This document shows positions 36,532-45,401 of a stretch of 64,000 nucleotides of DNA, piece by piece. The DNA lies in assembly GCA_965198005.1 (NCBI GenBank), contig CBDAOI010000004.1, positions 2,126,763 through 2,190,762 on the forward strand, written 5' to 3'. A program made the position numbers and the translations under genes. Below the pieces are notes generated by a model that was not told the DNA's origin, did no database searches, and saw only the letters and a program-made list of their open reading frames with translations. How positions within the stretch are numbered: the stretch's first letter is position 1; every line of letters begins with the position of its first letter. This stretch comes from Spirochaetia bacterium (GTDB lineage: Bacteria; Spirochaetota; Spirochaetia; SZUA-6; Bin103).

Positions 36532-37428
36532 TCACGTCCATTCGACTGACCGCATCCAGAAGAAGAACAACGGCGCGCACAGCAGCAGCGAGTCGATCGA
36601 ATCCAGCAACCCGCCGCGGCCCGGAATGATCTTCCCGGAGTCCTTGACCCGGGCCGCACGTTTGAGAGCGGACTCGATGAGGTCTCCCACCACGGCGCAC
36701 ACACCGATTGCAGCGCCTCCCACGGCTGCCTCTATGGTACCGAACCGCGGAGCTCCGGGAAACAGCCGGTGCGCCACGATCAGGGCCCCGACCGACGCCA
36801 TGATCCCGGCGGCAAAGCCGATCGCCGTCTTGGCAGGACTGACCGGCAGACCAATCGCCGTGCGTCCGCGGGCGAGCTTGCCCGCCACGTACGCGCTGGT
36901 GTCATTGGCAAACACCGCTACGAAAAACGTGAGCAACATCCAGCGCGGATCGCCGACCCCGACCAGCCGCACAATGTAGCCGATGAACAACCCGGGATAG
37001 CACCCGGCGAACAGCGTCGCACTGGCGTGCTCCAGCACCTGGGCCAACGTGCGACTGCGGTTGGCCCGCACCACCGCCACCACCAGGACCGAAACCACGA
37101 CCGCGGTCACCAGCACTCCCAGGGCGTTAGCGGGCAGCAGGTCCCAGTTCTCGAGATAGGCGACCACCGGGAATGCCCCGGCGCTGAGTCCCGCCAGCCA
37201 CCAGTCACCCGCGACTTTACGGTGGGCAAACAGCCCCGCCACCTCACGTGAACCGAGCACCGCCCCCACCACGGCGCAACTGCTGAACAACAGGTACCGG
37301 TAGCCGGGAACCAGGAAGATCAGCACGTAGAAGAACGGGATGGCGGCGACCAACAGCAGAAGTCGGATCCAGAAGCGGTCCGCCTGCGGAGGCGCCGGCA
37401 CGTCAACGTCGTTCACCGCCTGTCGCAT
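36532..37428 (-). CDS. cdsA: phosphatidate cytidylyltransferase
   Basis: CTP-transferase 1 family C-terminal signature: SALKRAARVKDSGKIIPGRGGLLDSIDSLLLCAPLFFF. Confidence 0.88.
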   Translation of the reverse strand: MRQAVNDVDVPAPPQADRFWIRLLLLVAAIPFFYVLIFLVPGYRYLLFSSCAVVGAVLGSREVAGLFAHRKVAGDWWLAGLSAGAFPVVAYLENWDLLPANALGVLVTAVVVSVLVVAVVRANRSRTLAQVLEHASATLFAGCYPGLFIGYIVRLVGVGDPRWMLLTFFVAVFANDTSAYVAGKLARGRTAIGLPVSPAKTAIGFAAGIMASVGALIVAHRLFPGAPRFGTIEAAVGGAAIGVCAVVGDLIESALKRAARVKDSGKIIPGRGGLLDSIDSLLLCAPLFFFWMRSVEWT

Positions 37429-37507
37429 TTCGACAGGCTCCTAACGCCCCGAAACCAGCCGCCTAGCGGCGCCGTCTTTCGCCTGTCGCATTTCGACAGG
37501 CTCCTAA
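37417..37507. repeat. 63-bp direct duplication of the cdsA translation-initiation region, each copy containing the hairpin CCTGTCG-N5-CGACAGG
   Basis: CGCCTGTCGCATTTCGACAGGCTCCTAA occurs at 37417-37444 and again at 37480-37507. On the minus strand the upstream copy gives AGGAG-N9-ATG and opens a 16-codon uORF. Confidence 0.65.
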
Positions 37508-38070
37508 ATCTCCATTATTTCCTGTTCTTTGGCGGCGAGCAGCGTGTTGATCTGCTCGATCCGTTCATTGGTAAGCGTCTGAATCCGGTCCACCCCGCGC
37601 TTGGCGTCGTCCTCGCTCAACCCCTCTTTCTTCTGCTGCTTGACACTCTCGTTCAGGTCCCGGCGGATGTTGCGCACCGCCACCCGCGCCTGTTCCGCGG
37701 CTGCCCGTGCCTGCCGGACAATCTCTTTGCGGCGCTCCTCGGTGAGCTGCGGGATACTGATGCGGATCACCTTGCCGTCGTTGTTCGGATTGAGCGAGAG
37801 GTCGGCCTTCTGGATGGCTCGCTCGATTCCGCCCAGCAGCGCGCGATCCCACGGCTGGATGATCACCAATCGAGCTTCGGGGATCGATATGGTCGCGGTC
37901 TGGTTCAGCGGCATCCGCTGCCCGTACGCTTCGACGCGAATCCGGTCGAACATCGCCGCACTGGCGCGTCCGGTTCGAATCGTCTTGAATTCGTCCGCCA
38001 ACGCGTCGATCGACTTCTGCATGCGCTGGCTGGCTGTGCTGGAGAAATCGGCCACGCTACTCTCCCTCAA
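37504..38070 (-). CDS. frr: ribosome recycling factor
   Basis: 188 aa, conserved RRF sequence throughout. The start overlaps the tsf stop. Confidence 0.93.
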   Translation of the reverse strand: MRESSVADFSSTASQRMQKSIDALADEFKTIRTGRASAAMFDRIRVEAYGQRMPLNQTATISIPEARLVIIQPWDRALLGGIERAIQKADLSLNPNNDGKVIRISIPQLTEERRKEIVRQARAAAEQARVAVRNIRRDLNESVKQQKKEGLSEDDAKRGVDRIQTLTNERIEQINTLLAAKEQEIMEI

Positions 38071-38918
38071 GCTTCGGCGTTCTCACCCACCCGGTAGTAT
38101 ACGAACTCGCGGATCGCCACGTCGGTGCCGAGCGACCGGCCAAGGTCCGCCACCACCTGCCTGACGCTACGCTTCTGCTCCTTCACGAACGGCTGTTCCA
38201 GCAAGCATACCTCCTGCAGGTGCTTGCGCAGCTTTCCCTTCACGATGCCGGCCACCACGTGCGCGGGCTTGTCCAATCCTTCCGCCTGCTTGCGAAAGAT
38301 CGCCTCATGCTCGGAGAGGTACCCGGCGTCCACCCGGTCGGGGCCCAGAAACGGCGGCGCGAACGCAGCGACGTGCAACGCGAGATCGAACGCCACCCGT
38401 CCGAGGCGTTCGTCCTGCGCCTTGGCAGCGTCCGCCGCGTTCAACTTGACCAGGACACCGATCGCGCCTTCGCCGTGGACGTAATCGGCAACATGGTCAC
38501 CCGGCTCCACCGCCAGGTAGCGGAAGCGGCGTACCTCGATGTTCTCCTTGATCTTGCCGATCGCCTCGGTCATCAGGCCCCGCATGTGCTCGGTGGGGGC
38601 GTCGGGACGGCTTTCGGCCACCGCGCTCACCAACCGCTCACCGAGCTCCACGAACTGCGAATTGCGCGCCACGAAGTCGGTTTCGGTGGACAACTCGAGG
38701 ATCGCGGCGGTGCCCGAACCATTGGCGAGCGAGAACACCCGCCCCTCGGTGGTGGCACGCCCGCTGCGCTTGGCGGCGGCGGCCAGGCCCATCTCCTTGA
38801 GCCGGCGCTCGGCCGCGGCGGAGTCTCCCCCCACCTCCACCAGGGCGCGCTTGCAGTCCATCATGCCCGCCCCGGTCTGTTCTCTGAGACGTTTTACGTC
38901 CTTCGCTGTAATTGCCAC
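38067..38918 (-). CDS. tsf: elongation factor Ts
   Basis: N-terminal UBA-like AITAKDVKRLREQTGAGMMDCKKAL, then a dimerisation domain. Confidence 0.93.
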   Translation of the reverse strand: MAITAKDVKRLREQTGAGMMDCKRALVEVGGDSAAAERRLKEMGLAAAAKRSGRATTEGRVFSLANGSGTAAILELSTETDFVARNSQFVELGERLVSAVAESRPDAPTEHMRGLMTEAIGKIKENIEVRRFRYLAVEPGDHVADYVHGEGAIGVLVKLNAADAAKAQDERLGRVAFDLALHVAAFAPPFLGPDRVDAGYLSEHEAIFRKQAEGLDKPAHVVAGIVKGKLRKHLQEVCLLEQPFVKEQKRSVRQVVADLGRSLGTDVAIREFVYYRVGENAEA

Positions 38919-38948
38919 GTACTGCTCCCGTTCACGTGCGACCAGGTT

Positions 38949-39947
38949 TCAGCGGCCGTCATACAGGGTATCTTCGTCGATCCCCGCCTTCTCGGTGACG
39001 GTCTCGGGTTCCGACTGAGCTTCTTTCCGCCCCTGCGCCTCCGGGTTGTAGTCGGAGTAGTCCCGGTCGGTGAAGCCTCCCGCGTCAGCCAAGCCCGCGT
39101 CGCCGCCCGCCGCAGTACCGGCCATCTCGCCCAGCGGGACCGTCTCCGTCTGCACGCTCGCCTCGCCGTACTCGTCGCCGTACTGGTCCTTGTCGATCAC
39201 CCGGTTGTAGTCGTATTCCTCGCTCCGGTCCTCATCCTGGAGAGTCTCGATGACTTCGAGACCAACCTCGTTCTCGGCCTCGACCACGGCGTTGGCTACG
39301 ATCTGCGTGAACAGATTGATGGCGCGAATCGCGTCGTCGTTACCCGGGATCGGCAGGTCGATCACGTTCGGATTGCAGTTGGTGTCGACGATGGCCACGA
39401 CCGGGATGTTCATCTTGTTGGCCTCGGCGATGGCGATCGCCTCCTTGCGCGTGTCGACCACGAACATGACGCCCGGCAGATCCTTCATCTCCTTGATGCC
39501 GCCGAGGTTGCGTTCCAGCCGGGCCTGCTCCTTCTGCATGCGCGAGATCTCTTTCTTGGTCATGTTCGCGAACGTACCGTCGACTTCCATCTTCTCGATT
39601 TTCTTCAATTTCAGCACCGACCGCTTGATCGTGGAGAAATTGGTGAGCATTCCCCCCAGCCACCGGCTGTTCACGTAATACATGCTGCAGCGCTTCGCTT
39701 CCCGTTCGATTGACTGCTGCGCCTGCTTCTTGGTGCCGACGAACAGCACGTGCTTGCCGGCGAGCACCGCCTGGCGTACCGCCTCGTACGCCTCCTTGAT
39801 GGCGGTGATGGTCTTCTGGAGATCGATGATGTGGATCCCGTTGCGCTCGGCGAAGATGTACCGCGCCATACGCGGATCCCAACGCTTGGTCTGATGCCCG
39901 AAGTGGACCCCGGACTCAAGCAGATTCTTCATGGTAACGACGGCCAA
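38949..39947 (-). CDS. rpsB: 30S ribosomal protein S2 with ~80-aa acidic C-terminal extension
   Basis: [19 protein letters not shown] near the N-terminus. The full S2 core is present. An Asp/Glu/Tyr-rich tail follows. Confidence 0.93.
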   Translation of the reverse strand: MAVVTMKNLLESGVHFGHQTKRWDPRMARYIFAERNGIHIIDLQKTITAIKEAYEAVRQAVLAGKHVLFVGTKKQAQQSIEREAKRCSMYYVNSRWLGGMLTNFSTIKRSVLKLKKIEKMEVDGTFANMTKKEISRMQKEQARLERNLGGIKEMKDLPGVMFVVDTRKEAIAIAEANKMNIPVVAIVDTNCNPNVIDLPIPGNDDAIRAINLFTQIVANAVVEAENEVGLEVIETLQDEDRSEEYDYNRVIDKDQYGDEYGEASVQTETVPLGEMAGTAAGGDAGLADAGGFTDRDYSDYNPEAQGRKEAQSEPETVTEKAGIDEDTLYDGR

Positions 39948-39994
39948 TTATTCCTCCCTGGCACCGCCATGGTCGCGTGCACGCCGCGGCGGTG

Positions 39995-40588
39995 CTACCG
40001 GAACCGGTAACCGGTCTGCGCCAACATACGATAAATCGTTTCCAGCGGCAACCCGACCACGTTGCTGTAGGAGCCGTGCACGCGCCGCACCAAAAGGCCG
40101 CCCCGGCCCTGAATGCGGTATCCGCCGGCCGCCCCGCGCCACTCGCCGGTGGCCAGATACCACTCCCGCTCGCACGGTGCAAGCGGCGCGAATTCCACCT
40201 CGGTACGCACCAGCCCGGTCACCGCCGCGCCGCCCGGCGGACACAGCGCCACCCCCGACAGCACCACGTGCGTGGTACCCGCCAGGCGGGCCAGGATGCG
40301 GGCCGCGGCGTCGCGGTCGGGCGGCTTGCCGACCAGCCGGCCGTCCAGCACGATCGCGGTGTCCGCGGCCACGATCCAGGCGGGGCGCCGGATGCGCCGC
40401 GCCACCGCGTCCGCCTTGCGCCGCGCCAGCTCCACCACCGCCTGGCGCGGCGGCAGCGCCGCGGCCGCCGCCTCGTCCAGGTCCGGCGGGACGACCTGGA
40501 CCGGCAGCGACACCGCCTCCAGCAGCCGCCGCCGCGGCGGCGACCGGGAGGCGAGCACGATGGTCGGCGAGAGTGGCGAGAGTGTCAT
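39995..40588 (-). CDS. maf: Maf-like nucleoside triphosphate pyrophosphatase
   Basis: IVLASRSPRRR.LL and D..V Maf family motifs. Start chosen at MTLSPLSP. Confidence 0.8.
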   Translation of the reverse strand: MTLSPLSPTIVLASRSPPRRRLLEAVSLPVQVVPPDLDEAAAAALPPRQAVVELARRKADAVARRIRRPAWIVAADTAIVLDGRLVGKPPDRDAAARILARLAGTTHVVLSGVALCPPGGAAVTGLVRTEVEFAPLAPCEREWYLATGEWRGAAGGYRIQGRGGLLVRRVHGSYSNVVGLPLETIYRMLAQTGYRFR

Positions 40589-40640
40589 CACTTGCACCTT
40601 CAACGGTGGATTCGTAGGATGAGAGTTACACAGAGGAGCC

Positions 40641-41606
40641 ATGAGTACCAGACCACAGATCTTCAACACCTATGCCAATCTCGAAGCGGACCTCGTGGCG
40701 CGGCTCGAGGCCGCCGGCGACGTGCGTCCGGTCGCTGCCGGCGCGCGCGCCGACGTGCTGCGTCAGCTCGCGCCGGCGCACGGCCTGTTCGGCCACGTAG
40801 CCGTGGACGCGGAGCTGCTCGACGCGGCCCCTGACCTGAAAGTCGTAGCCACCGTCAGCGTCGGCTACGACCGCATCGACGTGACCGCCGCCACCGCGCG
40901 CGGCGTGGCGGTGTGCAACACGCCCGGCGTGCTGACCGGAGCGGTGGCGGACGTGACCACGGTGCTGATCATCATGCTCGCCCGGCGCATCCTGGAGAAC
41001 GAGGCGTTCGCGCGCAGCGGCGCCTGGGGGCGGCGCGAGCGGCTGCCGGGGCTGGGCGTGGACATTGCCGGCAAGACCCTCGGGGTGGTCGGGTTCGGCC
41101 GTATCGGCCGTGAGGTCGCACGCCGCATGCAGGCGTTGGGGATGCGTCCGACCTGGTACGACATCTTCGATCAGCTTCCCGCGGGCGCGCCCGACGTGCC
41201 CTACCGGCCGCTGGACCAGTTGCTGCGCGAGTCGCACTTCGTGTCCGTTCACATGGACCTCAACGACAGCTCGCGCAAGCTGATCGGCGCCCGCGAACTG
41301 GGCCTGATGCGCGGCGACGCGTACCTGATCAACACCGCCCGTGGCGGCGCGGTGGATCAGGCGGCGCTCACCGACGCCCTGCGTAGCGGCAGCATTGCCG
41401 GCGCGGGGCTGGACGTGGTCGATCCGGAGCCCCCGGCCGAAGATGAACCGCTGGTCACCCTGCCCAACGCGATCGTCCTGCCGCACATGGCCAGCGCCAC
41501 GCACGAAACCCGCCGGGCGATGCGCGAGTTGGCGGTGGACAACGTGGTGGACGTGCTGGCGGGCAGACGGCCGCGGGCGATCGTCAATCCGGAAGTGCTG
41601 GAGTGA
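40641..41606 (+). CDS. D-isomer-specific 2-hydroxyacid dehydrogenase (glyoxylate/hydroxypyruvate reductase-like)
   Basis: NAD-binding G.GRIG motif and a catalytic R/E/H triad context (MPH...). Length 321 aa. Confidence 0.85.
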   Translation: MSTRPQIFNTYANLEADLVARLEAAGDVRPVAAGARADVLRQLAPAHGLFGHVAVDAELLDAAPDLKVVATVSVGYDRIDVTAATARGVAVCNTPGVLTGAVADVTTVLIIMLARRILENEAFARSGAWGRRERLPGLGVDIAGKTLGVVGFGRIGREVARRMQALGMRPTWYDIFDQLPAGAPDVPYRPLDQLLRESHFVSVHMDLNDSSRKLIGARELGLMRGDAYLINTARGGAVDQAALTDALRSGSIAGAGLDVVDPEPPAEDEPLVTLPNAIVLPHMASATHETRRAMRELAVDNVVDVLAGRRPRAIVNPEVLE

Positions 41607-41750
41607 CCGGCCGGCAACCCCGGCAACCGGCGTGCCTGGACCGGAAGCCGCATTTTCTGCAATACTCGGTCATGCACCGACACGCACCTGCACGCTGGCG
41701 GCGGCGCGCAGGTGTGGCGACCTGAAACGTGCGGCGAGGTAAACGCGACC

Positions 41751-41999
41751 ATGAACGATGTTGATCTGCAGAGCGAGCTGGAACGGCTGAGGGCCGAAAA
41801 TGCGGCGTTGAAGCGTCTCCGTACCGCCGGACTGACCTTGAAGGTAAGCGGCAAGGGCGCGTTGTCCGTCTACGGCCTCGGGCGGTTCCCGGTCACACTG
41901 TACCGGGAGCAATGGGAACGGCTGCTCAACATGACCGACGAGATCCGGAGCTTCATAAGCGAGCACGCCTCCGAGTTCAAGACCCTGGCGGACCGGTAG
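41751..41999 (+). CDS. small hypothetical protein (coiled-coil N-terminus)
   Basis: An ORF with GC3 bias in an otherwise empty 400-bp gap. No family recognised. Confidence 0.3.
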   Translation: MNDVDLQSELERLRAENAALKRLRTAGLTLKVSGKGALSVYGLGRFPVTLYREQWERLLNMTDEIRSFISEHASEFKTLADR

Positions 42000-42009
42000 C
42001 CGGGGGTCT

Positions 42010-42810
42010 TTACCCGGTTGCGCCGATCAACTCGCGCAGCTTGGCCCCGGCGTCGTTCCAGAACTGGCGCAACACGCCGTGGTCGCCGCCCAGGGAAAAG
42101 TGGCGGACGCCCAGGTCCAGGTACGCCTGCGCCTCGTCGGGATGGGAGATCTCCGCGCGCGGCGCCACGCCCAATGCGAGTGCGCGCTCGAACACCTTGT
42201 CGCGCGCCGCCGCCACCTCGGGATGCGTGCTCCGGCCGTAGCCGGCACTGCCGTACCCGGAGCTCATCGCGAAGTCGGTGCCGCCCCATTGCACCAGGTC
42301 GACGCCCGGCACCGCCAGGATTTCCTCCAGGTTCTCCAGCGTCGGCTGCTTTTCGATCATGATCGCCACCACCACGTCCCGAATCGCCTGCAGGTACTCC
42401 GGGCTGCCGACTCCGGTGAGGGCATTGCGACGTACGGCCGCACCGTACAGTCCGCCGTCCTCGGGTGTGTCGGGACGGGCGACGCGCAGGCAGGCACGTA
42501 CGTCGTCCGCCGAGCGGCAGTCGGTGAACAGCACCGATTCGAACCCGGCGCCGATGCCACGCTGCGCCAGGAACCACTGGTGGCTCTGATCGATCTTGAA
42601 CATCGACCCCATCCCGTGCAGCTCCGCGGCGCGGCAGAAGTTGTCCAGGTCGTGCATGTGGAAGGAACCATACTCGCCCACGAACTCGACGTAGTCGTAA
42701 TGCCCGGTTTGTCCCGCGATCTCGACCAGGGTCGGGTCGCACACGTACAACCGCGTGCCGACGGTAATCTGGCCGGAGTTCAGCTTCCGGCGCAGGGAAT
42801 TCGCTCTCAT
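42010..42810 (-). CDS. HpcH/HpaI aldolase family protein
   Basis: (beta/alpha)8 family features, including the G..D.EH.......L.......G.......IRI..... region. Length 266 aa. Confidence 0.75.
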   Translation of the reverse strand: MRANSLRRKLNSGQITVGTRLYVCDPTLVEIAGQTGHYDYVEFVGEYGSFHMHDLDNFCRAAELHGMGSMFKIDQSHQWFLAQRGIGAGFESVLFTDCRSADDVRACLRVARPDTPEDGGLYGAAVRRNALTGVGSPEYLQAIRDVVVAIMIEKQPTLENLEEILAVPGVDLVQWGGTDFAMSSGYGSAGYGRSTHPEVAAARDKVFERALALGVAPRAEISHPDEAQAYLDLGVRHFSLGGDHGVLRQFWNDAGAKLRELIGATG

Positions 42811-42903
42811 GAAATCTCCTCGTTGGGTCGTCAGGGATAGGACGTGACCGGTGGTAAGATAGCACGGTAGAGGGCTTGTGTGTGCGTGCCGCGGCGGCTC
42901 CGG

Positions 42904-43341
42904 TCAGTGGTGGTCGAACCGCATGCCGCGGCTGCGGCACTGAAATCCGAGCTTCTCGTAGAACGGGACGAGCTGCCGGTCGCAGTCCAGGATCGTCTTG
43001 TAGCAGCCTGCCGCCGCCGCCCTCTGCAGCAGGTAACCGACCAGCGCGCGGCCGATCCCCCGCCCCTGCCGGTCCGCCGCCACCGCCACGTCTTCGACGT
43101 GGCCGGCCGTGCCGCCGCCGTGAATGAACTTGTGCTCGATCAGCAGCGTCGCCGTCCCGACCACCCGGCCGTCGAGCTCCGCCACGGCCACCACGCAGTC
43201 GGGGTTGCGCTCCAGCCGCCGGAACACCGCGTGGGTCTGCTCCGGCTCGAGGCCGCTGGCCGGACGCAGCGCGTCCAGCGCCTGGAGGAACCCGTTTGCC
43301 AGATCGGCGGCCAGCAACGGCCGAATGATCACCCCGTCCAT
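42904..43341 (-). CDS. GNAT family N-acetyltransferase
   Basis: Acetyl-CoA-binding motif A: V.V....QG.GIG.AL. Start chosen at MDGVIIRPL. Confidence 0.75.
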   Translation of the reverse strand: MDGVIIRPLLAADLANGFLQALDALRPASGLEPEQTHAVFRRLERNPDCVVAVAELDGRVVGTATLLIEHKFIHGGGTAGHVEDVAVAADRQGRGIGRALVGYLLQRAAAAGCYKTILDCDRQLVPFYEKLGFQCRSRGMRFDHH

Positions 43342-43477
43342 GACCGCACCGTAGCGCGATTGCGTCCGACACGTCATGCGGGGTCATGCGCAGGTCATGC
43401 GCTATCCAGGCGGGCGCAATTGGGGCACTATCGGATAATGGCGGCTGACGCCGCGCACCCGGGACCCGTGCGCGTAC

Positions 43478-44752
43478 ATGACTGACCTGAGGCGGGCGCT
43501 GCGCCTGCTCCACCCCGACGTCCGCAAGTACCTGCTGGTCGCCGCCCTGATCGGCATCAGCTACATGGGCTTCCAGACCGTGCTGTTCAACCTGTTCCTG
43601 TTGCGGATGGGGTACGGGACCGACTTCATCGGGATCAGCAATGGCGGCATGGCGCTCGCGTTCGCGGTGTGCTCGCTGCCGGCCGGGGCGCTGGGTAACC
43701 GCTTTGGGCCGCGGCGGGTCACCATGGCCGGGGTATTCTGTCTGACCGTCGGCAGCATCCTGGTGGCGTTTGCCGGTCTGCTGCCGGGAACCGGGCGTGA
43801 TCTCTGGATCGTCGCGACGCGGGTTCTGGCCGGGATCGGATTCGCCCTGCACATGGTCAACGCCTTTCCCTATCTGGTGGCGGCGACCGGACCCGCCGAG
43901 CGCCCGCACGCGTTCGCGCTGCTGACGGCGATGCCGCCGATGGCCGGGTTCGCGGGCGCCATCGTCAGCGGTCTGTTGCCCGAATGGGTGGCCGGCATGC
44001 TCGGCCTGCCGCTGACCGACCCTACCCCGTTCGCCCTCCTGCTGGCGCTGTCCGGCGTGGTCCTGGTGCCGGGGATACTGGCGCAGATGAAGACGCAGGA
44101 GCGGCCGGTAGCGCGGCCGCCGCCCCGGACCCGGGCACGCGGCGGCGACGCGGCGCACGGCATCGTGCTGGTGATCTTGTTCCTCGGCCTGACCGCGCTG
44201 CTGCGCATGGCCGGCGAGAGCGCGGCGCGCAACTTCGTCAACGTGTACCTGGAGGTGGAGCTCGGCCAGACGCCGGCGCGCATCGGCCTGCTGGTGGCGT
44301 TCGGCCAGCTCGTCGCCGGACCGGCCGCACTGGCCGGACCGATGGTGGCGGCGCGCACCGGCAAGGTGGCGGCGATCACGGTCTCCACGCTGATCTCGGC
44401 GGTGGGCCTGGCGGCGATGGCGGTGATTCCCCACTGGGCGGTGGCGGGCCTGGGGTTCATCCTTGCGCTCGGCACCCGTTCGATGACCCAGTCGATGGCC
44501 AGCGTGCTGCACATGGAAATCGTGCCGGCGCACTGGCGCGGCGTGACCTCGGCGGTGGTGGCGATGTCGATGGGCACCGGCTTCACGTCAATGGCGTTCG
44601 CCGGCGGCTACCTGATCCCGGCGTTCGGATTCGGCGGCCTGTACGGTCTGGCCGCCGCCGTCGTGGCCTCCAGCGCGGCGGTGTTCTGGCTCTACTTCCG
44701 CGTCCCGCGCGGCGAGTACCGGGGCGGACCGGGGGCGCGGTCGCACGGCTGA
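43478..44752 (+). CDS. MFS transporter
   Basis: Twelve predicted TM segments. Typical MFS loop between TM2 and TM3: GALGNRFGPRRV. Confidence 0.8.
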   Translation: MTDLRRALRLLHPDVRKYLLVAALIGISYMGFQTVLFNLFLLRMGYGTDFIGISNGGMALAFAVCSLPAGALGNRFGPRRVTMAGVFCLTVGSILVAFAGLLPGTGRDLWIVATRVLAGIGFALHMVNAFPYLVAATGPAERPHAFALLTAMPPMAGFAGAIVSGLLPEWVAGMLGLPLTDPTPFALLLALSGVVLVPGILAQMKTQERPVARPPPRTRARGGDAAHGIVLVILFLGLTALLRMAGESAARNFVNVYLEVELGQTPARIGLLVAFGQLVAGPAALAGPMVAARTGKVAAITVSTLISAVGLAAMAVIPHWAVAGLGFILALGTRSMTQSMASVLHMEIVPAHWRGVTSAVVAMSMGTGFTSMAFAGGYLIPAFGFGGLYGLAAAVVASSAAVFWLYFRVPRGEYRGGPGARSHG

Positions 44753-44818
44753 CCGCACTGGCGGCCCGGCAGGGCGCGAACCGTGAAGTGAGCGCTCGCC
44801 CGCATGATCCGCCCGTCG

Positions 44819-44843
44819 GGGGGTCTTGACCGGGTCTTGACCG
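44819..44843. promoter_or_regulatory. tandem GGGTCTTGACC x2 (each unit a GGTC..GACC palindrome) upstream of ferritin
   Basis: Read directly. It overlaps a TTGACC -35-like box. AAGGAG Shine-Dalgarno and the ferritin ATG lie about 45 nt downstream. Confidence 0.4.
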
Positions 44844-44888
44844 CCCGCCGACCGCGCCGGTACCGTGTAGGCTAAGGAGCACCCGCAC

Positions 44889-45401
44889 ATGATCTCTGAG
44901 AACATCACCCACGCCCTGAACGACCAGATCACCAACGAGCTGAATTCCAGCTACATCTACCTGGCGATGTCCGCACACTTCTCGGCGCTCAATCTCAACG
45001 GCTTCGCCCACTGGTTTCGCATCCAGTACGAAGAGGAGCGCGGCCATGCGCTACGGATCTATGATCACGTCCTGGACCGGGGGGGAACGGTGAACCTCGC
45101 GGCCCTGGCGCAACCCTCCCTGGAGTGGGACTCTCCGCTGTCGGCGTTTACCGAGGCGCGCGACGAAGAGCGCCGCATCGCCGGCAGCATCGATGAATTG
45201 ATCGAGCTGGCGGTGGCCGCGAAGGATCACGCGACGCGCATCCTGCTGGACTGGTTCGTGAGCGAGCAGGTCGAGGAGGAGCGGATCACCACCGAGATCG
45301 TCGACCAGTTGCAGATGGTCGGCGACTCCCGGATCGGACTGTTCATGATCGACGAGCGCCTCAAGAGCCGGGTCCCGGACGAGGAGCCGCCGGGCGGCTG
45401 A
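44889..45401 (+). CDS. ftn: ferritin (non-heme, Ftn-like)
   Basis: LN.QI..EL.SSY.YL.MS..F, EE..HA and a four-helix ferroxidase E/H ligand pattern. Confidence 0.85.
   Translation: MISENITHALNDQITNELNSSYIYLAMSAHFSALNLNGFAHWFRIQYEEERGHALRIYDHVLDRGGTVNLAALAQPSLEWDSPLSAFTEARDEERRIAGSIDELIELAVAAKDHATRILLDWFVSEQVEEERITTEIVDQLQMVGDSRIGLFMIDERLKSRVPDEEPPGG

Noticed and set aside
41870-44533. 887-aa minus-strand ORF
   Set aside because: It is antisense to the aldolase, GNAT and MFS genes, all of which have recognisable family motifs.
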